From assembly GCA_963836205.1 (NCBI GenBank), contig CAWIIV010000025.1, positions 1 to 64,000 on the forward strand: a DNA stretch of 64,000 bases, written 5' to 3'. Shown here in pieces: positions 9,484 to 22,026 of this stretch. The stretch comes from an uncultured Acidimicrobiia bacterium (lineage in GTDB: Bacteria > Actinomycetota > Acidimicrobiia > Acidimicrobiales > AC-14). Every line of letters begins with the position of its first letter. Positions within the stretch are counted from its first letter, which is position 1. Made by a program: the position numbers and the translations under genes. The notes under the pieces were generated by a model. The model saw only the letters and a program-made list of their open reading frames with translations, was not told the DNA's origin and searched no databases.

Positions 9484-10209
9484 CTAGACCGGGCGTGTAG
9501 CGGGTTGGCCGACCTTGGTGGTCTCCTCCGGGCGCAGGCCCCGGAAGGCCGCCCCGGGCGCGGACGTAGGCGCCTCGCCGACGTCGACCAGACGCACGCC
9601 GGCCGTCGCCGCCAGCGTCCGGAGGCTGTCGGCCGGCCCCCGCACGACCAGACCGAAGATGACCTCGCTGGTGGGCGAGGCGTTCTCGATGGCCGCGTCG
9701 AGGCGGGCCACCTCCGACTCGTAGAACGTCTTGAACGTGGGATCGTCGACCGTGGGCAGCAGCCTGCGGATCTCGTTGCGTTCGATCTCGTCGGCCTGGC
9801 GCTGGCCCCTGGCCCACGCCTCCAGCCCGGCAGTGACGACCGACGGGTGGGCACCGGGGGCGGCGGCCAGGAGGGCGTCGACCTTGAGCGCTCCCACCTT
9901 GGCCCGGGCGTCGGCCTCGGAAAGGTAGCCGTCGAGGGATACCACCGCCACCCGGTCACCGGTGGCCGCGGCCAGATCCAGCCGGCGCCCTTCGAGGTAC
10001 GCCCCCACTTCGAGGTTGGCCTCGGGACCGATGAAGGAGTCGGCCGCGGCCGCGGCGGCGGCGCTGGTGGTGCCCGTGCGCCCCGCCGCCGGGGGCTCGT
10101 CACCGCGCTCCCGGGTCACCGTGAAGGCGAAGACCGCCCCCACCACCAGCACGAACACGGCCACCGCGAAGAACCGCAAGATGCGCCGGGCGGCCCGGAC
10201 CTCGAGCAT
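9484..10209 (-). CDS. Membrane-anchored hypothetical protein
   Basis: N-terminal TM segment FFAVAVFVLVVGAVFAFTV followed by a soluble domain. Confidence 0.65.
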   Translation of the reverse strand: MLEVRAARRILRFFAVAVFVLVVGAVFAFTVTRERGDEPPAAGRTGTTSAAAAAAADSFIGPEANLEVGAYLEGRRLDLAAATGDRVAVVSLDGYLSEADARAKVGALKVDALLAAAPGAHPSVVTAGLEAWARGQRQADEIERNEIRRLLPTVDDPTFKTFYESEVARLDAAIENASPTSEVIFGLVVRGPADSLRTLAATAGVRLVDVGEAPTSAPGAAFRGLRPEETTKVGQPATRPV

Positions 10210-10264
10210 CTCCCGCCGGGTGGAGTCGGGTGGCAGGAGGTCGGCGGGAGGGCCCTGGTACTCC

Positions 10265-11170
10265 CTAGCGAAGCGACCCAAGGACCTTTTCCAACTCCGG
10301 GGGCAGGGCGGAGGTGAAGCGCAGCTTCTCCCCGGAAGTGGGGTGGTCGAAGCCGAGCTGGCTGGCGTGGAGGAAGGGTCGGCCGGGGTCGACCGACGGG
10401 CGGGCGCCGCCGTAGCGGTCGTCGCCCACCACCGGGTGGCCGATGGCGGCCAGGTGGACGCGGACCTGGTGGGTGCGGCCCGTCTCCAGCCGGCAGGCGA
10501 CGAGGGTGACCTTGGCCGGCTGGGTGAACAGCTGGAGCACCCGGTAGCTGGTGCGGGCGGGCCGGCCGCTGGCGGAAACCGCCATCCGGGTGGGGTTGGC
10601 GAAGCCCCGTCCGACGGGGGCGTCGACCGCACCGGCGGCGCTGTCGAAGCGGCCCCACACCAGGGCCTGGTAGCGGCGCTCGACGGTGCGGGCGCTCAAC
10701 TGCTCGACCAGCGAGTCGTAGGCGGCGGGGGTCCGCGCCACCGCCAGCAGCCCGGACGTGCCCTTGTCGAGACGGTGGACGATGCCCGGCCGCTCGGGTG
10801 AGCCCACGTCGGCGATCTCGGGGAACAGGGCCAGCAGGCCGTTGACCAGCGTGCCCGCGGACTTGCCGGCGCCGGGATGCACCACCAGGCCGGCCGGCTT
10901 GTCGACGACGATCACGTCGTCGTCGGAGTAGACCACCGGCACCTCGACGTCGTCCTGGGGCCAGGGGCGGAACGGGGCCTTGGGCGGGGGGGCGTCGACC
11001 TGGAGCTCGTCGCCCTGGGCCACCCGGCTCGACCGCAGGGTGACGGCCCGGCCGCCGACGCGGACACCTCCTGCTGCCACCAGGGCGGCCGCCTCCCGGC
11101 GGGTGAGGTCGCAGAGCAGGCTGACCACGCGGTCGAGCCGTTCGCCGTCGAGGGCGCCGGGGATGACCAT
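10265..11170 (-). CDS. rluD: RluA-family pseudouridine synthase (RluD-like)
   Basis: S4-like N-terminus, VDKPAGLVVHP, HRLDKGTSG, TGRTHQVRVH; follows lspA. Confidence 0.92.
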   Translation of the reverse strand: MVIPGALDGERLDRVVSLLCDLTRREAAALVAAGGVRVGGRAVTLRSSRVAQGDELQVDAPPPKAPFRPWPQDDVEVPVVYSDDDVIVVDKPAGLVVHPGAGKSAGTLVNGLLALFPEIADVGSPERPGIVHRLDKGTSGLLAVARTPAAYDSLVEQLSARTVERRYQALVWGRFDSAAGAVDAPVGRGFANPTRMAVSASGRPARTSYRVLQLFTQPAKVTLVACRLETGRTHQVRVHLAAIGHPVVGDDRYGGARPSVDPGRPFLHASQLGFDHPTSGEKLRFTSALPPELEKVLGSLR

Positions 11171-11727
11171 CAGGTGCGATCCATGGTGGGGCCTGACTCA
11201 ACGGCGGTGGGCGACGAGCGGGAGGTCCAGAGCAACAACATCACACAACCAACAGTGATGCCCATGTCGGCCACGTTGAACACCGGCCAGAACTGGAGAT
11301 CGACGAAATCGACCACCGCCCCCCGCAGCAGCCCGGGGGCTCGGAAGACACGGTCGGCGAGGTTGCCCACCGCTCCCCCCAGGAGCAGCCCCATGGCGAT
11401 GGCCACCGGCAGGCGGGACGACGCCGCGCCCGAGATGATGAGGTAGACGACCACGGCCAGGGCACCCAGGGCGAGCAGGGGCACCAGGCCCCCGCCCAGG
11501 CCGAAGGCGCCGGCGGTGTTGTGGGTGAGGGCGAGGCGAAGGGTGCCGACCACGTGGATGGGACCGTCGGCCAGGGCCGACAGCGCCCACGTCTTGGTCA
11601 GCTGGTCGAGGACCACGACGACGGCCGCCAGCCCCAGCACCAGCCGCAGTCGCCCGCCGGGCCGGAACCCGATCGGCGGCGGCGTCTGCCGCTCAGCCTC
11701 GTCAGCCCTGTGCCGGGCGGCCCTCAG
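11170..11727 (-). CDS. lspA: Signal peptidase II
   Basis: DQLTK, NTAGAFG, GNLADR, VVDF, FNVAD. Start uncertain: CTG 11727 overlapping the upstream stop, or GTG 11640. Confidence 0.92.
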   Translation of the reverse strand: MRAARHRADEAERQTPPPIGFRPGGRLRLVLGLAAVVVVLDQLTKTWALSALADGPIHVVGTLRLALTHNTAGAFGLGGGLVPLLALGALAVVVYLIISGAASSRLPVAIAMGLLLGGAVGNLADRVFRAPGLLRGAVVDFVDLQFWPVFNVADMGITVGCVMLLLWTSRSSPTAVESGPTMDRT

Positions 11728-12158
11728 CGACGCGACAGACCCCCGCTCTTGCAGCCGACGCACAGCGCGGCGTAGGGCAGGGCCTTGAGTCGGGCCTTGG
11801 GTATGGGCGTCTCGCACTTCTCGCAGATCCCGTAGGTGCCGATGTCGAGCTTGTGCAGGGCCCGGTCGATCTCGTCGACGGCGGCCCGGGCCTGGGCCGA
11901 GAGGGTGAGGTCGCGCTCCCGCTCGACCGCCATCGTCCCCCCCTCGCCCGACTCCTCGTCGAACTGGATGTCGCCCGGTTCCATGTCCTCGGCCAACGCC
12001 TGGGCTTCCGCCTTCAGGACGTCGGCCTGGGTGACGTAGGTCTCGCGTTCGCTCAGCAGCAGCTCCCGTTGCTGGACGAAGAACTTGTCGGCAGAGCCCC
12101 CGGAGGTAGTGACGACCTCGTCGTCGGTGGGACTGGTCTTCGGTGCGGTTTTCGGCAT
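11724..12158 (-). CDS. TraR/DksA C4 zinc-finger protein
   Basis: Coiled coil followed by YGICEKC...ARLKALPYAALCVGCK. Confidence 0.9.
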   Translation of the reverse strand: MPKTAPKTSPTDDEVVTTSGGSADKFFVQQRELLLSERETYVTQADVLKAEAQALAEDMEPGDIQFDEESGEGGTMAVERERDLTLSAQARAAVDEIDRALHKLDIGTYGICEKCETPIPKARLKALPYAALCVGCKSGGLSRR

Positions 12159-12248
12159 ATGAGCGCTGGCTTCCGATGTACGGGGGGATTTGGGCCCACG
12201 GGGGGATTCGGGGATTGACGGAAGCGGAGTGTACCAACGGTGGGAAAA

Positions 12249-12614
12249 CTACAGCCGCCCCACTTGCGGGTTTTCCGGTCCCGGACGGGCCTGCCCGGGC
12301 CGTCCCGGCGACACCACCTGCTCCAGGTGGCGACGGAACTCGTCGACGTCGAGTCCCGACAGGGTGAACGTCTTGGAACGGCTGGTGTCGCCCCCCACCA
12401 GGGCCACCTGGGCGCTCTTGAGGCCGAACTCCTCGGCCAGCAGCTCGGCGCAGGCGGCGTTGGCCCTGCCGCCCACCGGCGGGGCCGCCACCCGCACCTT
12501 GAGCGCGGTTCCGTGACGACCGACGACCGCCGAACGGCCCGCCCCCGGCTGTACGTGGACATGGAGGACGACGGCGTCGTCGCCCTTGGTGGTGAAGAGA
12601 TCGTCGACGTTCAT
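12249..12614 (-). CDS. DUF167/YggU family protein
   Basis: VHVQPGA...LKVRVAAPPVGGRAN...GDTSRSK. Confidence 0.88.
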   Translation of the reverse strand: MNVDDLFTTKGDDAVVLHVHVQPGAGRSAVVGRHGTALKVRVAAPPVGGRANAACAELLAEEFGLKSAQVALVGGDTSRSKTFTLSGLDVDEFRRHLEQVVSPGRPGQARPGPENPQVGRL

Positions 12615-12706
12615 CGGTATCCGTACTCTACGGCGCCCGGGGTGCAATCAAACCCAGGGTGGAATCAAACTCGGGTGGTTTGGACTCGTGCCAATCTGTA
12701 GGCACC

Positions 12707-15874
<3,168 letters not shown>

Positions 15875-16012
15875 CCCCCGGGCCGCACGAAGCCCCGGTC
15901 CCGGTTTCGATCGCCGGGATGTACGTGAATCGGGCGATTTCGGGCTCGATCACGCACATTTCGGCGCACGATGCGTTCCGTGCGGCCGAATCGTCGTGGG
16001 TCGACGGCTCGG

Positions 16013-16417
16013 TCAGGCCCGGTCGTCTCCCGGGGTGGGGCCCGAATCGATGCCGCAGGCGGCCGTGCCCCCGGGGAGGCGGTGACGGTTGCGGGCGACC
16101 AGGTCGTAGCCGGCGGAGGCGACCGGCGCCAGGGACGGGGCGTCGAGGAGGCGGCCGACGGGCCGCACCGCCGGGCCTCCGTGACGGAGGGCGGCGGCGA
16201 CCGCCCGGTGGCCGCTGACCTTGGTGCCGTCCGGCTCCACCCACCACACCTTCTCGGTGACCTGCTCCTCGGTGAGCCCCAGGGCCGCGAGATCGGCCTG
16301 TTGCCAGGCCACCGCCCGGCAGTCGACGCCCATGCGCCGTACGGCGAGGTCGACCACACGGGTGCAGAACGCGCAGTCGCCGTCGTAGACGAGCAGCGGC
16401 CGCCCGTCGGAGGCCAC
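16013..16417 (-). CDS. DCC1-like thiol-disulfide oxidoreductase (DUF393)
   Basis: VYDGDCAFC ... YDLVARNRHRLPGGT. Confidence 0.88.
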   Translation of the reverse strand: MASDGRPLLVYDGDCAFCTRVVDLAVRRMGVDCRAVAWQQADLAALGLTEEQVTEKVWWVEPDGTKVSGHRAVAAALRHGGPAVRPVGRLLDAPSLAPVASAGYDLVARNRHRLPGGTAACGIDSGPTPGDDRA

Positions 16418-16451
16418 GCCGCCGGCCGAGGACCCGCCGCCGACCAGCAGC

Positions 16452-17510
16452 TCAGCCCTTCTTCGCCTGCTTGGCCTTGGCCGCCGCCACCGCCGCCGCG
16501 ATCGAGGTCGACCCCGCGGCCGTCGCCGCAGGCTCGGCCGCAGCCGCCTTCGTGGCCGCGGGAGCCTTCTTGGCGGGGGCGGCCTTCGCCGCCGCGGCCG
16601 CCGGGCGGGTGCCGCCGGAGGCCAGGAAATCGATACGGTCGAGGATGCCCGACCGGGCCTTGCCGGACGCCTCGTACTGGCGGACCTCGTCGAGCTCGGC
16701 CTCGTCGAGGTCGCGCAGCAGGGGCAGGATCTGGCCGACTCGCAACGCGTCGTAGTTGTCGATCGGGAACCCGTCGCCCGCGGCCGGCGCCGCCTCCTCC
16801 ACGAAGTCGTCCTCGAAATCGTCGCCCGCGTCGAGGTCGGCCTCGGCCTCCGCCGCGGGCTCGTCGCCCTCCCACGCCGCCTCGTCGATGTCCCAACCGG
16901 GCTCCCGGAGGGTCTCGAGGCGGGCGTCGATTCGACTCAGGACCGACACCCGGTTCTTGCCGGCCGCCTCGGCCGCCCGCACGTCCTCCAGGGCGCCGAC
17001 GTCGTCGAGGTCGTCGACCCGGCGCAGCAACTCGGGCGCCCGGAGGGTGTCGTAGTCGGCGATGGGGAAGGCGCCCCGGGACACGGGCGTCGGCATCTCC
17101 TCGCTGATGGTGGCGGGGGCGGTGGACGCACCGACGCCGGCCGCCCGGCGGGCGTAGCCGGCCATCGGCGACGGCTCCGGTTCCGGCTCCGGCTCCGGCT
17201 CGAAGGCGGGGCGGCCGAAGCGGCGGGCGGCAGGGGCAGGCGTGCTGTCGATACGCCACGACTCGTCGGCCGGCTCCGGGTCGGACCGGTAGCTCGGCAC
17301 GGGCGTCGGCGGGCTGACCGGCCGCGGCGCCTCGTACGGAGCCGCCTTGGGCTCGGGCCGACCTCGGAGCACGGCGACGGCCAGGACCAGCCCGGCCACC
17401 ACGCTGCATCCGATCGACAGGTAGATGAGTGTCAGGCCCGATTGCAGCAGCCCGACGACCAACGTCACGGCCGCTGCCAGCACGAGCAGAAAGCTCACCA
17501 AGACCACCAC
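16452..17510 (-). CDS. Membrane protein with two TM helices, two ~50-aa helical repeats and an Ala/Lys tail; lies in the usual divIVA position
   Basis: Repeats FPIADYDTLR...GKNRVSVLSRID and FPIDNYDALR...GKARSGILDRID. Confidence 0.8.
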   Translation of the reverse strand: MVVLVSFLLVLAAAVTLVVGLLQSGLTLIYLSIGCSVVAGLVLAVAVLRGRPEPKAAPYEAPRPVSPPTPVPSYRSDPEPADESWRIDSTPAPAARRFGRPAFEPEPEPEPEPSPMAGYARRAAGVGASTAPATISEEMPTPVSRGAFPIADYDTLRAPELLRRVDDLDDVGALEDVRAAEAAGKNRVSVLSRIDARLETLREPGWDIDEAAWEGDEPAAEAEADLDAGDDFEDDFVEEAAPAAGDGFPIDNYDALRVGQILPLLRDLDEAELDEVRQYEASGKARSGILDRIDFLASGGTRPAAAAAKAAPAKKAPAATKAAAAEPAATAAGSTSIAAAVAAAKAKQAKKG

Positions 17511-17623
17511 GTCACCATCCCAATCGTTCGAGTAAGGGCCCGGCTACCCAGATGGTAACGCCCCGGGTACGCGCGTCGGCCCATACCCAGCGTCCCGCCG
17601 CGTCAGCCGCGTCTGCCGGAGGA

Positions 17624-17875
17624 CTAACAGATCGTGTTGGTCAGAAGGAACAGGCCGAAGATCACGATCATGGGCGAGAGGTCGAGACCCATGCCACCCA
17701 TGCCGATCGGAGGGATGGCCCGGCGCAGCGGCCCGAGCAAGGGCTCGGTGAGCGCGTAGAAGAAGGAGAAGACGGTGGCCATGGCGGAGTCGGGCGCGAC
17801 CGGGAACCAGGACAGGATGATCCGCCCGAAGATGATGAAGACGTAGAGGTTGAGGAGGAGGCAGACGATGTCGAT
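17624..17875 (-). CDS. yggT: YggT/SepG family membrane protein with apparent ATC start
   Basis: Manual translation IDIVCLLLNLYVFIIFGRIILSWFP...LTEPLLGPLRRAIPP...LDLSPMIV; directly follows sepF. Confidence 0.88.
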   Translation of the reverse strand: MDIVCLLLNLYVFIIFGRIILSWFPVAPDSAMATVFSFFYALTEPLLGPLRRAIPPIGMGGMGLDLSPMIVIFGLFLLTNTIC

Positions 17876-17884
17876 CGGGTCAGC

Positions 17885-18427
17885 CTAGGCGCGGTAGAGC
17901 CCGCGTTCCTGGAGGCGGCGCTTCTCCTCGGCGGAGACCTCGACGTTGGTGGGCGTGAGCAGGAACACCTGATCGGCCGCCTTCTCCATCTGTCCGCCCA
18001 ACCCGTAGGTGACGCCGCTGGCGAAGTCGATCAAGCGCCGGCACAGCTCCCGGTCGACGCCCTGGAGGTTGAGGATCACGGGCTGGCTGCTCTTGAGCCG
18101 GTCACCGATCTCCTTGGCGTCGTTGAAGCCGGTGGGTGCGACCAGGTGGACGCGGGGGCTGGCCACCGGGGCGATCTGACGGACGACCGACGGCCGCTGC
18201 TGGATGGTGATGCCACTGTCCTCTCGGGGAAGGGTGCGCACCCCGCCGCCCATGGGCGACGCCATGGTGGGCTCGGGCTCGTACGCCGGCTCGACCCGCT
18301 CGGGGCGCATGGCCCGGCGAGATTGCACCGGCTGCGGCGGGGGCTCGTCGTACGGCTCGTACTCCTCGTACTCGTCGTCGTCGACCAAACCCAGGTACAC
18401 CATGGTCCGTCGCCAGATGGATGCCAT
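17885..18427 (-). CDS. sepF: Cell division protein SepF
   Basis: MVYLGL N-terminus, PVILNL, RRLIDFASG, VFLLTP. Confidence 0.95.
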   Translation of the reverse strand: MASIWRRTMVYLGLVDDDEYEEYEPYDEPPPQPVQSRRAMRPERVEPAYEPEPTMASPMGGGVRTLPREDSGITIQQRPSVVRQIAPVASPRVHLVAPTGFNDAKEIGDRLKSSQPVILNLQGVDRELCRRLIDFASGVTYGLGGQMEKAADQVFLLTPTNVEVSAEEKRRLQERGLYRA

Positions 18428-18454
18428 CGTGAGTGCCTCCTTGGCCCTTCGAGC

Positions 18455-19162
18455 CTATCGTCGCAGGTCGGTCGGGACGGATCGCGCACCAAACAGGGCG
18501 CGGCCGACGCGGACCATGGTCGTGCCCTCTTCCACCGCTACCTCGAGGTCGTCGGTCATGCCCATCGAACGCTCGGGTAACTCCAGCCGGTCGGCCATGG
18601 CGGCCAGGTCACGGTAGGCGGCGCGGGCGTCTTCGGGGGAGCCGGCCGGCCCCACTGCCATCAGGCCGACGACGTCGAGCTCCATGGCTCGCAGCTCGTC
18701 GACGAGGGCGGGGGCGTCGGCGGGAACGCATCCGTTGCGTCCCGCCTGGCCGGAGACGTTGAGCTGGACCAGGACCCGGGCTCCCGGCGCCCGGTGGGCG
18801 ATCTCCCGGCCGGCGGCAGCCCGGTCGACGGTCTGCCACAGGTGGACCAGGGGGGCCAGCCGCTTGACCTTGTTGCGCTGTACCCGGCCGATGAAGTGCC
18901 ACCGGGAGTCGGAACGGGGGGTGGCGTCGGCGTCGGGCGTGACTGCGGCGTGCTTGGCCACCAGCTCGTCGGCGTAGTTCTCCCCGACGTCGGCCACGCC
19001 CGCGGCCACCGCGGCCCGCACCGCGTCGGGCCCGAAGCCCTTGGTGACGGCCACGATGCGGATGGGACGGTCGCCGCCGCCGGCGGACGCGATACGCCGG
19101 CGCACCTCGGACAGGCGGAGGGCGACGTCGCCAGGGTCGACCGTGGCCGGGGCGCCGATCAT
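18455..19162 (-). CDS. yggS: YggS-family PLP homeostasis protein
   Basis: VAVTKG, GENYADE, WHFIGRVQRNK, SMGMTDDLEVAVEEGTTMVRVG. Confidence 0.94.
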   Translation of the reverse strand: MIGAPATVDPGDVALRLSEVRRRIASAGGGDRPIRIVAVTKGFGPDAVRAAVAAGVADVGENYADELVAKHAAVTPDADATPRSDSRWHFIGRVQRNKVKRLAPLVHLWQTVDRAAAGREIAHRAPGARVLVQLNVSGQAGRNGCVPADAPALVDELRAMELDVVGLMAVGPAGSPEDARAAYRDLAAMADRLELPERSMGMTDDLEVAVEEGTTMVRVGRALFGARSVPTDLRR

Positions 19163-19872
19163 CGCCACACCACCGTGGCCTGGCGCTGCTGCTCGGCCCG
19201 CGCCCGCCAGGAATAGTGGTCGGGCGAGCAGGCGGTGCAGACGTCGAGGTCGTCGAGGCGGTGGACGCCGGCCCCGGCGAGCGCGGCCCGGACTGCGGCC
19301 ACCAGGTCGAGAGCCGGAGCACCCGAGGGGGTCGAGCCGACCACGGTGCCGCCGAGGCGGTCGGCGACCCGGTCGAGGTCGTCGGGTCCGAACTCGTAGC
19401 ACTCCACCCGGATGCAGGGACCGAGGACGGCCCCGATCTCGGTGGCGCCGAGCGCTCGCATCTCGTCGACCGTGCGCTCGAGCACGCCCCCGATGAGGCC
19501 GGCCCACCCGGCGTGGGCGACGGCGAAGACGCCCTCGGGACTGTCGAGCACCACCGGGGCACAATCGGCGCTGAGGACGGCGATGGCACACCCGGCGGTG
19601 GCGCACACGGCCGCGTCGGCGATCTCGCCCGCTCCGTCTCCGGGACCGGTGACGCGCACGACGCGGCTGCCGTGCACCTGGCGCAGCCAGGTCCAGGGCA
19701 GGTCGACCACCGCCCGGCGGCGAGCCTCGACCTCGGGGGTGACGGCGTGCACGTACACGCCGCCGTGGCCCATGTCGCCCTCGGCCCGCCCGGTGAACAC
19801 GCCCTGCGCCGACCACAGCCGGGGCAACCGGGTGGCGGGGCGCTGCTGCAGGGGGCTCGGCCCTCCCGTCAT
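19159..19872 (-). CDS. pgeF: PgeF/YfiH (YlmD) family protein
   Basis: QVHG, SADCAPV, HAGW, GPCI, CT..YSWR. Confidence 0.9.
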   Translation of the reverse strand: MTGGPSPLQQRPATRLPRLWSAQGVFTGRAEGDMGHGGVYVHAVTPEVEARRRAVVDLPWTWLRQVHGSRVVRVTGPGDGAGEIADAAVCATAGCAIAVLSADCAPVVLDSPEGVFAVAHAGWAGLIGGVLERTVDEMRALGATEIGAVLGPCIRVECYEFGPDDLDRVADRLGGTVVGSTPSGAPALDLVAAVRAALAGAGVHRLDDLDVCTACSPDHYSWRARAEQQRQATVVWR

Positions 19873-19929
19873 CGACGCCCGGGCGGGCGCTGGTGGCCGG
19901 GGGCTGCGTGCCGGCAAGGGCCCACGGCG

Positions 19930-19989
19930 GGCCAGCTCACTTCGGGCCAGCTCACTTCAGGCCAGCTCACTTCAGGCCAGCTCACTTCA
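19930..19989. repeat. 15-bp tandem repeat x4 containing the ftsZ stop codon
   Basis: ggccagctcacttc(a/g) x4. Confidence 0.95.
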
Positions 19990-21088
19990 GGAACGAGGGG
20001 ACGTCGAAGTCGTCGTCGTCCATGTCGACGTCGGCCGACGGGCCGCCGAAGAGGTCGTCGCTGGCCTGGTAGGCCCGGGGCCGACCGGCGGCGGCGAGCG
20101 GCAGGTTGGTGGCGGCGGCCGAGCGCTGCGTGCCCTCGTCCCACCGGTCGAAGCCGGCGGCGATGACGGTGACCCGCACCTCATCGCCCATGGCGTCGTC
20201 GATGACCATGCCGGCGATGATGTTGGCGTCGGGGTGGGCCACCTCGTGGATGATCTCGGCCGCCTCGTTGACCTCGAACAGGCCCAGGTCGCTGCCGCCG
20301 GAGATGTTGAGGAGGATGCCGCGGGCGCCCTCGATGGAGGCCTCCAGCAGGGGGCTGGAGATGGCGGCCCGGGCCGCGGCCAGGGCCCGGCCCTCGCCCG
20401 AGGCGTAGCCGATGCCCATGAGCGAGGAGCCGGCGTTGGTCATGATCATCTTCACGTCGGCGAAGTCGGTGTTGATCAGGCCGGGCGTGGTGATGAGGTC
20501 GGTGATGCCCTGGACGCCCTGGAGCAGCACCTCGTCGGCCATCTTGAAGGCGTTGAGCACCGAGGTCTTGTCGTTGCTCACGGAGAGCAGTCGGTCGTTG
20601 GGGATGATGATCAGGGTGTCGACCTTCTCCCGCAGCTTCTGGATGCCGGCCTCGGCCTGCACCGTGCGCCGGCGGCCCTCGAAGGAGAACGGGCGGGTGA
20701 CCACACCGATGGTGAGGGCGCCCAGGCCCTTGGCGATCTCGGCGATGACGGGTGCGCCGCCGGTGCCGGTGCCGCCACCCTTGCCCGCGGTGATGAAGAC
20801 CATGTCGGCGCCCTTGAGCACCTCCTCGATCTCGTCGCGGTGGGCCTCGGCCGCCTCCTGGCCGACCTCCGGGTCGCTGCCCGCACCCAGACCACGGGTG
20901 AGCTCGCGGCCGATGTCGAGCTTCACGTCGGCGTCACTCATCAGCAACGCCTGCGCGTCGGTGTTGACGGCGATGAACTCGACCCCCTTCAACCCGGCGT
21001 CGATCATGCGGTTGACGGCGTTGACGCCGCCGCCCCCGATGCCGACCACCTTGATGACAGCCAGGTAGTTCTGCGGTGTGCCGATCAT
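19982..21088 (-). CDS. ftsZ: Cell division protein FtsZ
   Basis: [18 protein letters not shown]-terminal [10 protein letters not shown]; AGGAGG RBS. Confidence 0.99.
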   Translation of the reverse strand: MIGTPQNYLAVIKVVGIGGGGVNAVNRMIDAGLKGVEFIAVNTDAQALLMSDADVKLDIGRELTRGLGAGSDPEVGQEAAEAHRDEIEEVLKGADMVFITAGKGGGTGTGGAPVIAEIAKGLGALTIGVVTRPFSFEGRRRTVQAEAGIQKLREKVDTLIIIPNDRLLSVSNDKTSVLNAFKMADEVLLQGVQGITDLITTPGLINTDFADVKMIMTNAGSSLMGIGYASGEGRALAAARAAISSPLLEASIEGARGILLNISGGSDLGLFEVNEAAEIIHEVAHPDANIIAGMVIDDAMGDEVRVTVIAAGFDRWDEGTQRSAAATNLPLAAAGRPRAYQASDDLFGGPSADVDMDDDDFDVPSFLK

Positions 21089-21178
21089 CGATCGATCCTC
21101 CTGACCCGGCCGACGACGAATCGCCGTACCGGCCAACGCTGTAAGAGCCAACGGTCTTCACTCCCCGGTTCCTCCGCC

Positions 21179-21223
21179 TGTGGACAAGTCTCACGTTTGA
21201 CAGGAGGTTTACAGTTATGTCAA
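21179..21223 (-). promoter_or_regulatory. ftsZ promoter region with TTGACA -35, dyad symmetry and a perfect DnaA box
   Basis: Minus strand reads TTGACA-taactgtaaacctcc-TGTCAA, then TTGTCCACA at 21187-21179. Confidence 0.6.
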
Positions 21224-22026
21224 CCTGTCCCGAGGGGCGAGACATTATCGACCGGGTTGGAGCGCGTCAAGACAGGGCTCTCCGGAATCCTCACGTCGAG
21301 GGTTGCCAGGGCGGCGGTGTCAACCCGGCCCAACACGGTGAGTGTTGCCCGGAACTTCTCGTCCAACTGCTCGGGGGCGCCCAGCCGCACCGTCCCCTCC
21401 GGTCGCAGCCGGAGCTCCACCCCGCCCTCGGCCCCGGCCTGCACCGCGCTCACGCGGGTCCGAAGATCGGGCGGAACGGCCGCCGCCACGGCCAGCAGAT
21501 CGGTGGCGGGACCGCCCAGCACCGAGCCCGGCGGCCCTGCGGGAGCGATCCCCTCGAGCGCCAGCAGGTTGCTCGGGGCCGAGGCCAACAGGGCCAGGAC
21601 CTGCCCCGTCGCGTCGACGAGGGCCCACCCCTCGCCGGCGGGGGCCACCGCCACGGGGTCGCGTTCGACGACGGTGATCACGACCGAGTCGGGCCACCGG
21701 CGCTCGACGGAGGCCGTCTGGATCCAGGGCAGGGCGGCTACCGCCTGCACCGCGCCCCGCTCGTCGACGTCGACCATGGCCTGGCCGAACCGGATGCCCG
21801 AGGCCACCACCAACTCCTCCCGCGAGGTCCGGGACGCACCTTCCACGTCGATCCCGTCGACGTCCAACAGGGGCGATCGGGTCGCGCCCCACCCACCAAC
21901 GAGAAGGCAGCTCACCGAGGCGATCCCGACTAACAGCCGGAGCCGCCTGCGTCCCTCTTGGCGGCGAACGGCGATGCGGCGCTGGCGAATCCGGGGGTCG
22001 ATGGGCGGTCTGACCTGCGTGTTCAT
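21220..22026 (-). CDS. ftsQ: Cell division protein FtsQ/DivIB
   Basis: TM helix, POTRA segment (LPWIQTASVERRWPDSVVITVVER), LDVR C-terminus; position in the cluster. Confidence 0.9.
   Translation of the reverse strand: MNTQVRPPIDPRIRQRRIAVRRQEGRRRLRLLVGIASVSCLLVGGWGATRSPLLDVDGIDVEGASRTSREELVVASGIRFGQAMVDVDERGAVQAVAALPWIQTASVERRWPDSVVITVVERDPVAVAPAGEGWALVDATGQVLALLASAPSNLLALEGIAPAGPPGSVLGGPATDLLAVAAAVPPDLRTRVSAVQAGAEGGVELRLRPEGTVRLGAPEQLDEKFRATLTVLGRVDTAALATLDVRIPESPVLTRSNPVDNVSPLGTG

Noticed and set aside
12178-12218. acggggg(g)att repeats upstream of the dksA-like gene
   Set aside because: Too short and low in complexity to assign a function.
19930-19989. Possible CRISPR array
   Set aside because: 15-bp units with no spacers, and no cas genes.
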